From the NCBI GenBank assembly GCA_046759165.1, contig JBHIBS010000031.1, positions 1 to 15,675 on the forward strand: a stretch of 15,675 bases of DNA, in the 5' to 3' direction. Source of the stretch: a bacterium. GTDB lineage: Bacteria; UBA6262; WVXT01. The translations under genes and the position numbers were made by a program. Positions within the stretch are counted from its first letter, which is position 1. The number at the start of each line of letters is the position of its first letter. Shown here one piece after another: positions 1-7,679 of this stretch. The notes below the pieces were generated by a model. The model ran no database searches. It was not told the origin of the DNA and was given only the letters and a program-made list of their open reading frames with translations.

Positions 1-12
1 TCCTTTCGACAT
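1..12 (-). CDS. 5' end of a gene running off the window (MSKG...), product unknown
   Basis: Minus strand reads GGGAGGAAAA-ATG TCG AAA GGA: a strong Shine-Dalgarno followed by ATG at 12. Only 4 codons are visible. Confidence 0.5.
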
Positions 13-295
13 TTTTCCTCCCGCTTTCTAACAACTCTCTTCTGGGCCAGTCCTCACTGTTGGGGAAAGTCTTGCTTCACTACCTTATACATTTACAAGA
101 TAGTTCGTGACGAGCATTGGGAATTTTAGCCAACAAACGAGGACGACTCATTCCCTTCTGAGTAAAAACTCGTTTGACCTTGCTCTGCGGGCAAGTTTAT
201 TTTTGTACCTCGCAGAATCCAAAGCTTCTCAGCATCAAGAAATTCCTCAGCGCTAAACAAACTATCTTTTAATTACCGAAATACCAAATCCAGAA

Positions 296-664
296 TTACT
301 TCTTTCCCAATTCCCCTTTTATTCCGTCAAGTAACTCCTTGGAACTAAAAGGTTTAACGATATAGCCCGAAGCTCCCGCCTGTAACCCTCTCATCACATC
401 CATCTCTTGCCCCAAAGCTGAAAGAATTACAATCGGGATATCTTGAGTATTCTTATCTTCTTGCAATTTCTTAATAGCCTCGATTCCGTCCATCTTCGGC
501 ATCATAACATCCATCAATATCAAATCTGGTTTCTCTTCTTTGCTTATCTGCAAAGCTTCTACTCCGTTATAAGCTACAAGAACTTCGAAGTTATTCTTCT
601 TTAAAAGAAACTCAATCAATTGGACAGTAGTAAGATCATCTTCTACTATCAATATTCTGGCCAT
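296..664 (-). CDS. Single-domain response regulator (CheY/DivK-like receiver)
   Basis: ILIVEDD acidic pocket, phosphoacceptor in LILMDVMMP, LSA, and conserved Lys in YIVKPF; 122 aa with no output domain. Confidence 0.95.
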   Translation of the reverse strand: MARILIVEDDLTTVQLIEFLLKKNNFEVLVAYNGVEALQISKEEKPDLILMDVMMPKMDGIEAIKKLQEDKNTQDIPIVILSALGQEMDVMRGLQAGASGYIVKPFSSKELLDGIKGELGKK

Positions 665-718
665 TTTCTTTTTCCTTTCAATTATCCCTTGCTATAGCAA
701 CAAAGCTTTGCTTCCCTT

Positions 719-862
719 TAACCCCGATTCATCGGGACGGTTACCTTCATGCAGGGGTTCGATGAATCGAACCACTACATTCACCATGCAAGGGAATTTG
801 GTGTGGGGAATACCGTTAGAACAACTTCTAACGCCACGAGCGAGCTAAATCTCCAGCTACGC
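719..862. repeat. Cluster of short REP-like palindromes
   Basis: cccgat-tc-atcggg (723-736); atgcaggggttcgat-ga-atcgaaccactacat (749-780, begins with GTAG on the minus strand); cgttagaa-caac-ttctaacg (814-833). Confidence 0.6.
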
Positions 863-865
863 TTA

Positions 866-2689
866 CTATTTCGGGAAACCTTCCTTGTGCCCTACCATGG
901 CAATATCAAGAAGCATATTAAGATATTTGTACCTCTTTTTTACATCATCGTAAGGAATGAGATGAAGAGAAATATTTGCGTCATCCAGGATTGCTCCCAG
1001 GATTCTCGAAAACTCAGCCGTTGATAAACCAGTCACCGGTGGAGGTCCTAACACTACAGCAATTCTCACTTTACCTGTTTTACAAAGTCCAGCAAACATC
1101 CCATAATTTATTCTCTTTTTGCCTACATATTCTTCTTCAAAAACTGCCACCAACCGGAATTTCAATTTATGTTTATTTAATACCTCATCAAACTGGGCCT
1201 TAAGTTCCTCAAACTCCTTACTGCAGCCTTTTGGATAAAAGTAGGCTACTTCTACTTTTCGTAATGATTTGTCAGCTGGCGCTGGCTCTACTGGTGAGGG
1301 TGAGACTTCCACTTTTCTTTCCTCAGTCGGTGTCGAAATTCTTTCCCTCTTAATTTCCTCGATTTCCTCTTCAGTCACTTCTTCCTTTCGTGGAGGAACT
1401 TCAGGAGCTGCCATTTCAGGAATTTCTTGACCTACATATTTTTTGCAATTATGACAATACCACCGGCTGTATGTTTCAACATAGGTAAGCTTGTGTCCAC
1501 AAGTCAAGCACTTTCTCTCCTCTTCAATTTCTAATGGCTGGGGAGCTGGTCTCTGCTCTTCTTCTAATTTAGGCTCTTTTGTCTCTGGTGGCTTTACTTC
1601 TACGAACTCTTCTCTTTCTCTCTCAGGCAGAAGATCGCTCATCAATTCTCGAACTAAATCTATGGTTACCTCCTGTTTGGTCAATTGGCCATAAGCATTA
1701 ATCCGCTTCAGGAAGCCTTCCAGTTCGCGAATGTTAGATTTCAATTTGCCAGCAATATACATAAGTATGTTATCACTAAGCTCTAAGTGTTCAATCTCCT
1801 CTTTCTTCCTAAGAATGGCAACTCTTGTTTCTAAATTGGGGGGCTTAATATCAGCAATCAAACCCCATTCGAATCTCGACTTCAATCTCTCCTCTAAAGT
1901 AGTCAGCTGTTTGGGAGGTTTATCTGAAGTAATTACAATCTGCTTATGGGCATCCTGAAGCACATTGAAGGTATGAAAGAATTCTTCCTGGGTTGACTCT
2001 GCCTCAGCCAAAAATTGAATGTCGTCAATTAACAAGAGGTCTGCTTGCCGATAGCGCTCTCTGAACTCCTCTAGCGTTCCTTTGCCAATGGCTTCGATAA
2101 CTTCACTCATGAACCTTTCAGTAGTAACATAGAGTATCATTGCCTCGGGTCTTTTATTGTGCACGTAATGTCCAATCGCATGAAGTAAATGAGTTTTCCC
2201 CAATCCGACCCCACCGTAGATAAATATAGGATTATAAATTTCTCCTGGACTTTTTGCCGCAGCCTGAATAGCTGCGTGGGTGAATCTGTTAGAGGGACCG
2301 ACCACGAAATTCTTAAAAGTATATGCAGGATTCAACTTGAGCTCTCCGACTACTTTGCTGAACCCTTTAACCTTTTCCTTTTGTGGTTCTTCGCTTACCT
2401 TTTTCTCCCGAATTTCCTCCGAAGCTTCTACCTTGGAAATGGAAGCTTTGTGAGCTTCCGTAAATTCATCCAGTATCTTGGTTATCCTTTCCTTCATCCT
2501 GGGCTCAACATTATAAACATAAAAGCCCCAGTTGTATTCCTTGTCCTGAGGAACAAAAAGACGACTGCAGATATTTCCAATCTTGTCCATTAAGTCGCTG
2601 ACGTCCCTCTTATCTCCCCAGAGTCTTACCTCGTACCTCTTTTCTTCTCTCGGAGTTGGAGAAGAACTCATGCTCCAACGTTCAATCAT
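866..2689 (-). CDS. Atypical DnaA-family AAA+ ATPase (no domain IV; Zn ribbon and unknown C-terminal domain)
   Basis: [40 protein letters not shown] (Walker A), [10 protein letters not shown] (Walker B), [29 protein letters not shown]. No RQIAMYL/GRDHTTV helix-turn-helix follows. Start probably ATG 2689 after AGGTG; GTG 2698 is the alternative. Confidence 0.9.
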   Translation of the reverse strand: MIERWSMSSSPTPREEKRYEVRLWGDKRDVSDLMDKIGNICSRLFVPQDKEYNWGFYVYNVEPRMKERITKILDEFTEAHKASISKVEASEEIREKKVSEEPQKEKVKGFSKVVGELKLNPAYTFKNFVVGPSNRFTHAAIQAAAKSPGEIYNPIFIYGGVGLGKTHLLHAIGHYVHNKRPEAMILYVTTERFMSEVIEAIGKGTLEEFRERYRQADLLLIDDIQFLAEAESTQEEFFHTFNVLQDAHKQIVITSDKPPKQLTTLEERLKSRFEWGLIADIKPPNLETRVAILRKKEEIEHLELSDNILMYIAGKLKSNIRELEGFLKRINAYGQLTKQEVTIDLVRELMSDLLPEREREEFVEVKPPETKEPKLEEEQRPAPQPLEIEEERKCLTCGHKLTYVETYSRWYCHNCKKYVGQEIPEMAAPEVPPRKEEVTEEEIEEIKRERISTPTEERKVEVSPSPVEPAPADKSLRKVEVAYFYPKGCSKEFEELKAQFDEVLNKHKLKFRLVAVFEEEYVGKKRINYGMFAGLCKTGKVRIAVVLGPPPVTGLSTAEFSRILGAILDDANISLHLIPYDDVKKRYKYLNMLLDIAMVGHKEGFPK

Positions 2690-2915
2690 GTTAATCACCT
2701 AAGCAACATAAACTCAAATAATACGCGAAAATACTATATTTTTTTCCTAACTCGACGGCCACAGTATTGAACTTTTGCCAAATTCATCAAAAAATTATTC
2801 CGGCGAATAGTCAAAAATTATCGGGTTTTATAAAATTTTACCTTGGTTTTGGGGCATCATCTGGGTAAACATTCGTTTAAATTCCAGCTGGGCCCACCTA
2901 TTGAACCATCGTTTT

Positions 2916-3368
2916 TCACTTCTGCTCTAAATATTTCTTCTCAATCTCCTTAATCTTATTTAACCTGCGAAGATGCCTCTCCCATGCAAAAGGGGTGTTA
3001 AGCCAAATGGTAACTATATTCATCATTCTATTTTGATCAAGATTACAGCTCAGGCAGACAATGTTTGCATTGTTATGTTCAGATGCCAACTTTGCCATTT
3101 CTTCATCACAAACTAAAGCTGCTAGAACTCCAGGAACTTTGTTGGCGGTAATGCTCATTCCTATCCCGGTCTTACATATAAGAATCCCCTTATTATAATC
3201 TCCACTGGCAACAGCTTCAGCAACCTGCACTGCATAATCCGGGTAATCGCAAGATTCTTCCGAGAAACAGCCAAAATCATTCACTTCATGATTTAATTTT
3301 TTAAGTTTCTCTTTCAACCCCACTTTTAATTTGAATCCTTCATGGTCAGAGCCAACAGCAATTTTCAT
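2916..3368 (-). CDS. rpiB: Ribose-5-phosphate isomerase B
   Basis: MKIAVGSDHEG, DYPDYA, ICKTGIGMSITANKVPGV, HNNAN and RHLRR motifs of the RpiB/LacAB family. Confidence 0.95.
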   Translation of the reverse strand: MKIAVGSDHEGFKLKVGLKEKLKKLNHEVNDFGCFSEESCDYPDYAVQVAEAVASGDYNKGILICKTGIGMSITANKVPGVLAALVCDEEMAKLASEHNNANIVCLSCNLDQNRMMNIVTIWLNTPFAWERHLRRLNKIKEIEKKYLEQK

Positions 3369-3407
3369 CTTTGCATCTTTCCGATTGGAGGAACACCAAA
3401 AGCCACA

Positions 3408-4157
3408 CTAATAGTGTACAATCTTCACAAAAGATTCTACATTTAGACTTGCTCCGCCCACTAAACCCCCATCCACATTTTCACAGGACATTAGAGCCGA
3501 AATATTATCAGGATTGATGCTTCCTCCGTATAGAATTCTGATCGCCTGAGCATTCTCCTCTCCAAACATTCGACCTAATAATTTCCGGATAAATCGCTGC
3601 ACTTCTTCAGCCTGGTCAGGCATAGCTGTCTTTCCAGTCCCGATAGCCCAGACAGGCTCATAGGCCACTACCAATCCTTTACCTTGTTCCCTTGTCAATC
3701 CGGATAGTCCTATTTTAACCTGTTCCTCTATTATTCTTAAAGTTTCTCCTTTTTCTCTCTCCTGAAGCGTTTCCCCTACACAAACAATGGGAATAAGACC
3801 CGTAGAAAAAGCTATCCTCACTTTCTTATTTACCGTCTCACTTGTTTCGCCAAAATATCGGCGTCGCTCTGAATGCCCTAAAATGACATAATTACAGCCG
3901 ATATCCTTCAACATCACTGACGATACTTCCCCAGTATATGCTCCGCGAATTTCCCAGTGCATATTCTGGGCACCCAATTTTATGGAGGAACCTTCGATTA
4001 CCCCTTTTACTGAAGAAAGAACAGTGAAGGGAGGACAGAGAACTATTTCCCTATCTGCAATAGTCCCCACCTTGTTTCTTACTTCACGGGCTAACTCCAT
4101 TGCTTCTGAGGTTAACTTATTCATCTTCCAGTTAGCAGCGATAATCGGCTTCCTCAA
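3408..4157 (-). CDS. tpiA: Triosephosphate isomerase
   Basis: AANWKMNK, GAYTGEVS, LGHSERR, AYEPVWAIGTG, ILYGGS, DGGLVGGASL. Start placed at TTG 4157, giving a typical 249 aa; the ORF track extends to 4223. Confidence 0.97.
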   Translation of the reverse strand: MRKPIIAANWKMNKLTSEAMELAREVRNKVGTIADREIVLCPPFTVLSSVKGVIEGSSIKLGAQNMHWEIRGAYTGEVSSVMLKDIGCNYVILGHSERRRYFGETSETVNKKVRIAFSTGLIPIVCVGETLQEREKGETLRIIEEQVKIGLSGLTREQGKGLVVAYEPVWAIGTGKTAMPDQAEEVQRFIRKLLGRMFGEENAQAIRILYGGSINPDNISALMSCENVDGGLVGGASLNVESFVKIVHY

Positions 4158-4257
4158 TTTTTCTCTTCTGAAATTATAATTTAGCAAATCCATCAACACG
4201 AAACAAGCAAAAAATGGACCCAACCCGAGAAATCCAAAAAGACTTCAACTAAAATTT

Positions 4258-4286
4258 ATTATAATGCACATTCTCTATAGTGTCAA
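4258..4286 (-). promoter_or_regulatory. sigma70-type promoter for tpiA-rpiB
   Basis: Minus strand TTGACA-17 nt-TATAAT, a perfect consensus. Confidence 0.85.
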
Positions 4287-4325
4287 GGAAAAAGGTAAGT
4301 ATTTTCCCAAAATCCTTCGAGAAAG

Positions 4326-4475
4326 AAAAAAAGACCCCTTGTCGATAAAGGCAAATTGCTGGAAACTTTTGGGTCTCTTGAACAGAATTATTTATTTTCT
4401 CCACCAAACCCGAGAGTTATAATAACCATTTCTCTGGAACACAGAACACCAGCAATTGTCTCTCAACAAGGGGTC
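4326..4475 (-). other. Long fold-back element followed by a T-run (candidate structured RNA, terminator or miniature inverted-repeat element)
   Basis: Nested inverted repeats 4333-4345/4463-4475, 4354-4362/4449-4457 and 4364-4376/4406-4418; T7 immediately follows the outer stem on the minus strand. Confidence 0.55.
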
Positions 4476-4506
4476 ACCTTGGAGGGTGAAATTTTGAGCC
4501 TATTAA

Positions 4507-4851
4507 TTATCTCCTTTTCCTTTTTGCTTTCTTTTTCTTCTTTGTTTTCTTTGCTTTCCTCTTCTTCGCCATCTTTTTCCCCCTTTTTTTGGCAATCTTC
4601 TTTTTGGCGGCTTTTTTTCTCCTTTTTTTACCGCCGCGGGCCATCCTAGCCCGAGAGATATCTCCCTGTTTATCCAGGTAGTAGAGATAAGTAGGGGCTT
4701 TTCTGACACCAACTCTAGCAACTTTTATGGGACTCCCGCCTTTCTTGCCACCGCGGGCCATCTTAGCCCGAGAGACATCCCCTTGCTTGTCGATGAAATA
4801 GAGATAACCTTCCTCCCTCCTTACACCGACCCTTGCTACCTTTTCTCCCAT
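4507..4851 (-). CDS. Small, highly basic protein with two tandem repeats (39-aa period) and a Lys/Arg/Ala tail; putative nucleic-acid-binding protein
   Basis: GGAGGTG SD. KVARVGVRxxxxYLY(F/Y)(I/L)DKQGD(V/I)SRA(K/R)MARGGKK occurs twice, with mostly third-position differences at DNA level, which supports this frame. Confidence 0.85.
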   Translation of the reverse strand: MGEKVARVGVRREEGYLYFIDKQGDVSRAKMARGGKKGGSPIKVARVGVRKAPTYLYYLDKQGDISRARMARGGKKRRKKAAKKKIAKKRGKKMAKKRKAKKTKKKKKAKRKRR

Positions 4852-4917
4852 CTCTTTCTCACCTCCTCTGTTCCAAAGGCTTAGTAACTATAGGCCTACT
4901 CAATCTTGCCAGTTTCT

Positions 4918-5148
4918 TCAAGTCCCCGCGTGCTTTTTGTTCTTTTCCGGCGGAAGTTTTGCCTTGGACTCCCTGGGTAAAGTAATAATTTTCTCTTTTA
5001 GCCAAGCATCAATCATCTCTTTAGAAAACTTATACTGTCTACCAATCTTAGAAGCCGGAATTTTTTTCTGGCGGATTAATTGATAAATTTTCGATTTACT
5101 GAATCCTATATATTGAGACAACTCTTTCGTACTCATTATATCTTTCAT
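4918..5148 (-). CDS. Excisionase-family (HTH_17/MerR-like) DNA-binding protein
   Basis: IMSTKELSQYIGFSKSKIYQLIRQKKIPASKIGRQYKFSKEMIDAWL fits the family pattern. ATG 5148 follows AGGTG; GTG 5157 is the alternative start. Confidence 0.9.
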   Translation of the reverse strand: MKDIMSTKELSQYIGFSKSKIYQLIRQKKIPASKIGRQYKFSKEMIDAWLKEKIITLPRESKAKLPPEKNKKHAGT

Positions 5149-5213
5149 CAGATTCACCTTTTTAGAAATTTCTAGAGATATATTTTACCGTTAAAAATTG
5201 AGGCTTTATTTTA

Positions 5214-5241
5214 ATTATAATATATTGACAAAAATTGTCAA
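5214..5241 (-). promoter_or_regulatory. sigma70-type promoter with an overlapping palindrome
   Basis: Minus strand TTGACA-16 nt-TATAAT; TTGACA-N5-TGTCAA inverted repeat at 5225-5241. Confidence 0.8.
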
Positions 5242-5382
5242 GTAAAAAGTTTAAAATTTTTTTAGTTGCAACTTGTTTCTTCTACTTCCATCTAATGTCG
5301 TTAAGTAGGATAAACTTCGAAATTCTATCATGAACTCTCTTTTATTTATTTCTTGTATTCACCTTTTTTTCCAATCTTAGGA

Positions 5383-5481
5383 AACCAGACAGGCACTCAC
5401 TTAAGCTGGTGCACTATCTCCAATCGGGTAGCCCTTTTTCCAAAAGGGCTGGGTCGTGTGAGGTTTTTTGCCTATCTGGTT
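5383..5481. other. Nested fold-back element of about 100 nt (candidate ncRNA or repeat)
   Basis: aaccagacaggca/tgcctatctggtt (5383-5395/5469-5481), ctcac/gtgag (5396-5400/5458-5462), agccctttt/aaaagggct (5430-5450). Confidence 0.5.
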
Positions 5482-5589
5482 CATCCTTCCAGGCTTTATG
5501 CGGCGAGGGTCAACGGAAATTAAAATGTTCATATATTTAGAAAGTAGATCCCTGTACTTATTTGCTCACCACTGCTTAGAAGGCGGGGC

Positions 5590-5620
5590 TATCGGAATTT
5601 GATTTAATCAAATTCCGATA
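5590..5620. repeat. Perfect 15-bp inverted repeat (REP-like)
   Basis: tatcggaatttgatt-t-aatcaaattccgata. Confidence 0.7.
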
Positions 5621-5624
5621 TGAT

Positions 5625-5650
5625 AAAAAAGCGAAGGCAATTGCCTTCGT
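5625..5650 (-). terminator. Intrinsic terminator after rplA
   Basis: Minus strand acgaaggcaattgccttcgc followed by TTTTTT, about 40 nt past the rplA stop. Confidence 0.8.
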
Positions 5651-5689
5651 GGAAAAATCTTCTCAAAATACAACTTTCTTCCTGATACC

Positions 5690-6376
5690 CTATGTTTTGG
5701 GCAAATTCACCTTTATTCCTGGACCCATTGTTGAGGAGACGCTTATGTTCCTCAGATATTGACCTTTAGCAGCAGGTGGTCTAACTCGCTGTACTTCTCC
5801 TATTACAGTATTTATGTTCTCCACCAGTTTCATCTCATCAAAAGAAGCTTTACCCACACTTAAATGGATAATTCCGTAACCATCGGTTCGAAATTCAACT
5901 TGACCAGCCTTAATCCTTTTTATCGCATCAGCGATGTCAAATGTGACAGTACCTGTTTTGGGACTGGGCATCAATCCCTTGGGTCCAAGTATCCTTCCCA
6001 GCTTACTTAAGTCACGCATACAATCGGGAGTAGCTATTAATGCATCAAACTTAATTGCCTCCTTGGCTATCTTTTCAATTAAATCTTCTGCTCCCACAAA
6101 ATCCGCTCCTGCTTTTTCTGCTTCTTTTGTTTTCTCTCCCTTAACTACAACGGCCACCATCTTACTCTTTCCTGTCCCGTGTGGCAATAAGATAGTTCCT
6201 CTTACTATCTGGTCTTGCCGCTTCGGATCAATTCCCAACCGCAGGCACAATTCGATACTCTCATCAAACTTGGCCCTGGCAGTCTTCTTAACTAACTTTA
6301 CTGCCTCTTCTACATTGTAAACTTTGTCCTTCTCAATAAATTTAGATAATTCGCGGTAACGCTTACCTCTTCCCAT
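5690..6376 (-). CDS. rplA: 50S ribosomal protein L1
   Basis: AKFDESIE, LGIDP, VRGTILLPHGTGK, LGRILGPKGLMPSPKTGTVT, SSTMGPGIKV. Confidence 0.98.
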   Translation of the reverse strand: MGRGKRYRELSKFIEKDKVYNVEEAVKLVKKTARAKFDESIELCLRLGIDPKRQDQIVRGTILLPHGTGKSKMVAVVVKGEKTKEAEKAGADFVGAEDLIEKIAKEAIKFDALIATPDCMRDLSKLGRILGPKGLMPSPKTGTVTFDIADAIKRIKAGQVEFRTDGYGIIHLSVGKASFDEMKLVENINTVIGEVQRVRPPAAKGQYLRNISVSSTMGPGIKVNLPKT

Positions 6377-6397
6377 AATCTCCCACTAACTTTCCAA

Positions 6398-6829
6398 CTA
6401 TTCTATTTCTATTTCTATCCCCATGCTCCTCGCCGTTCCCTCTACCATCCTAACCGCACCTTCTATATTGGTCGCATTTAGATCGGCCATTTTCTTTTCT
6501 GCAATTTCACGCACTTGCTGCTTACTCACCTTGGCTACTTTCGTCTTATTGGGGTCTCCCGACGCTTTCGCTATCCCCGCAGCTCTCTTCAACAATGCAG
6601 CTACTGGAGGAACCTTGGTCACAAAGGTGAAGCTTCTGTCTTTATATACAGTAATTACAACCGGAACAAGCATTCCAGGCTCCTGAGTAGCCGTTCTCTC
6701 ATTGAATGCCTTACAGAACTCCATAATATTTACTCCATGTTGTCCTAATGCAGGGCCGACTGGAGGAGCGGGATTGGCTCCGCCTGCGGGTATCTGTAAT
6801 TTTATTATGCCTTTTACTCTTTTTGGCAT
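6398..6829 (-). CDS. rplK: 50S ribosomal protein L11
   Basis: [35 protein letters not shown] and GTARSMGI. Start corrected to ATG 6829. Confidence 0.98.
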   Translation of the reverse strand: MPKRVKGIIKLQIPAGGANPAPPVGPALGQHGVNIMEFCKAFNERTATQEPGMLVPVVITVYKDRSFTFVTKVPPVAALLKRAAGIAKASGDPNKTKVAKVSKQQVREIAEKKMADLNATNIEGAVRMVEGTARSMGIEIEIE

Positions 6830-6842
6830 AAAATCTTCCTTC

Positions 6843-7373
6843 CTATATCTTCTCCACCTGTAAAAAATCGAGCTCGACAGGAGTAGCTCGTCCAAAGATT
6901 GTCACCATTACCCTCAGTTTGCCTTTCTCCTCATTGACGTCTTCTACCACGCCAACAAAATTTTCGAATGGGCCCTCTATAACTCTAACACTCTCATCTT
7001 TTTCAAACATAACTGCTGGCTTTGGTTTTGCCTGTGCTCCTTGTTGTGTAAGTGCCACGATACCCTCCAATTCTTCTGGTAGAACAGGCACCGGTTTCAC
7101 CCCACCGAGGAAACCAGTTACTCCAGGAATATTGCGTACAGCCCAGTAGGTTTCATTATCGATTACCATTTCAATTAAAACGTAACCCGGAAAAAATTTC
7201 CGTTTACTAATTCTTTTCTTATTCTTTCGAATCTCCACAATTTCTTCTGTGGGAATTAATATATCTGATATTTTGTCTTCCATTTGCGCGGAGCTTATCA
7301 GCTTCTCCAAGTATGCTCTAACCTTATCCTCATGCCCTGTATAAGTATGAACAATATACCATTTCTTCTCCAT
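6843..7373 (-). CDS. nusG: Transcription termination/antitermination factor NusG
   Basis: [29 protein letters not shown], and KOW domain [13 protein letters not shown]...[17 protein letters not shown]. Confidence 0.98.
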   Translation of the reverse strand: MEKKWYIVHTYTGHEDKVRAYLEKLISSAQMEDKISDILIPTEEIVEIRKNKKRISKRKFFPGYVLIEMVIDNETYWAVRNIPGVTGFLGGVKPVPVLPEELEGIVALTQQGAQAKPKPAVMFEKDESVRVIEGPFENFVGVVEDVNEEKGKLRVMVTIFGRATPVELDFLQVEKI

Positions 7374-7397
7374 CAACTTTTACCTCTCAGTCATTGA

Positions 7398-7583
7398 CTA
7401 CTTTATTAATATACCAAGAATTATGGACAACCCAAAGTCTACCAGACCTACAAAAATAGCCACCGCAATAACTAAAAGAATCACAACCATTGTAGACCCG
7501 ATTGTCTGTTTCCTATCCGACCAGGAAACCTTTCGCAGCTCTTCTATAACTTCTCTCAAAAACTGAATTGGCTTTTTAAACAT
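7398..7583 (-). CDS. secE: Preprotein translocase subunit SecE
   Basis: FLREVIEELRKVSWS motif plus one TM helix; lies directly upstream of nusG. Confidence 0.95.
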   Translation of the reverse strand: MFKKPIQFLREVIEELRKVSWSDRKQTIGSTMVVILLVIAVAIFVGLVDFGLSIILGILIK

Positions 7584-7614
7584 AATTTTAACCCACTCAA
7601 TTCCTAGATTGTTC

Positions 7615-7644
7615 TTTATAACAAAAATGTAAGAAATCTGTCAA
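7615..7644 (-). promoter_or_regulatory. sigma70-type promoter for secE-nusG-rplK-rplA
   Basis: Minus strand TTGACA-18 nt-TATAAA with TGn extension, about 30 nt upstream of the secE ATG. Confidence 0.65.
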
Positions 7645-7679
7645 CCATAAAGTAAAAAATTTGATGTCAGTCTTTCCCC

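Noticed and set aside
2700-2915. Possible oriC upstream of the dnaA-like gene
   Set aside because: AT-rich, but no TTATCCACA-like box cluster was seen; only a short imperfect repeat (tcaaaaattat).
4503-4721. Alternative-frame basic ORF (72 aa)
   Set aside because: A shadow of the A-rich tail of 4507-4851, which has the SD and codon-level repeat conservation.
4631-4807. Direct DNA repeat as a CRISPR-like array
   Set aside because: Only two diverged copies, explained by an in-frame protein duplication.
4333-5481. Fold-backs as integron attC sites, or the HTH gene as a prophage excisionase
   Set aside because: No RYYYAAC/GTTRRRY ends, and no integrase or phage genes in the window.
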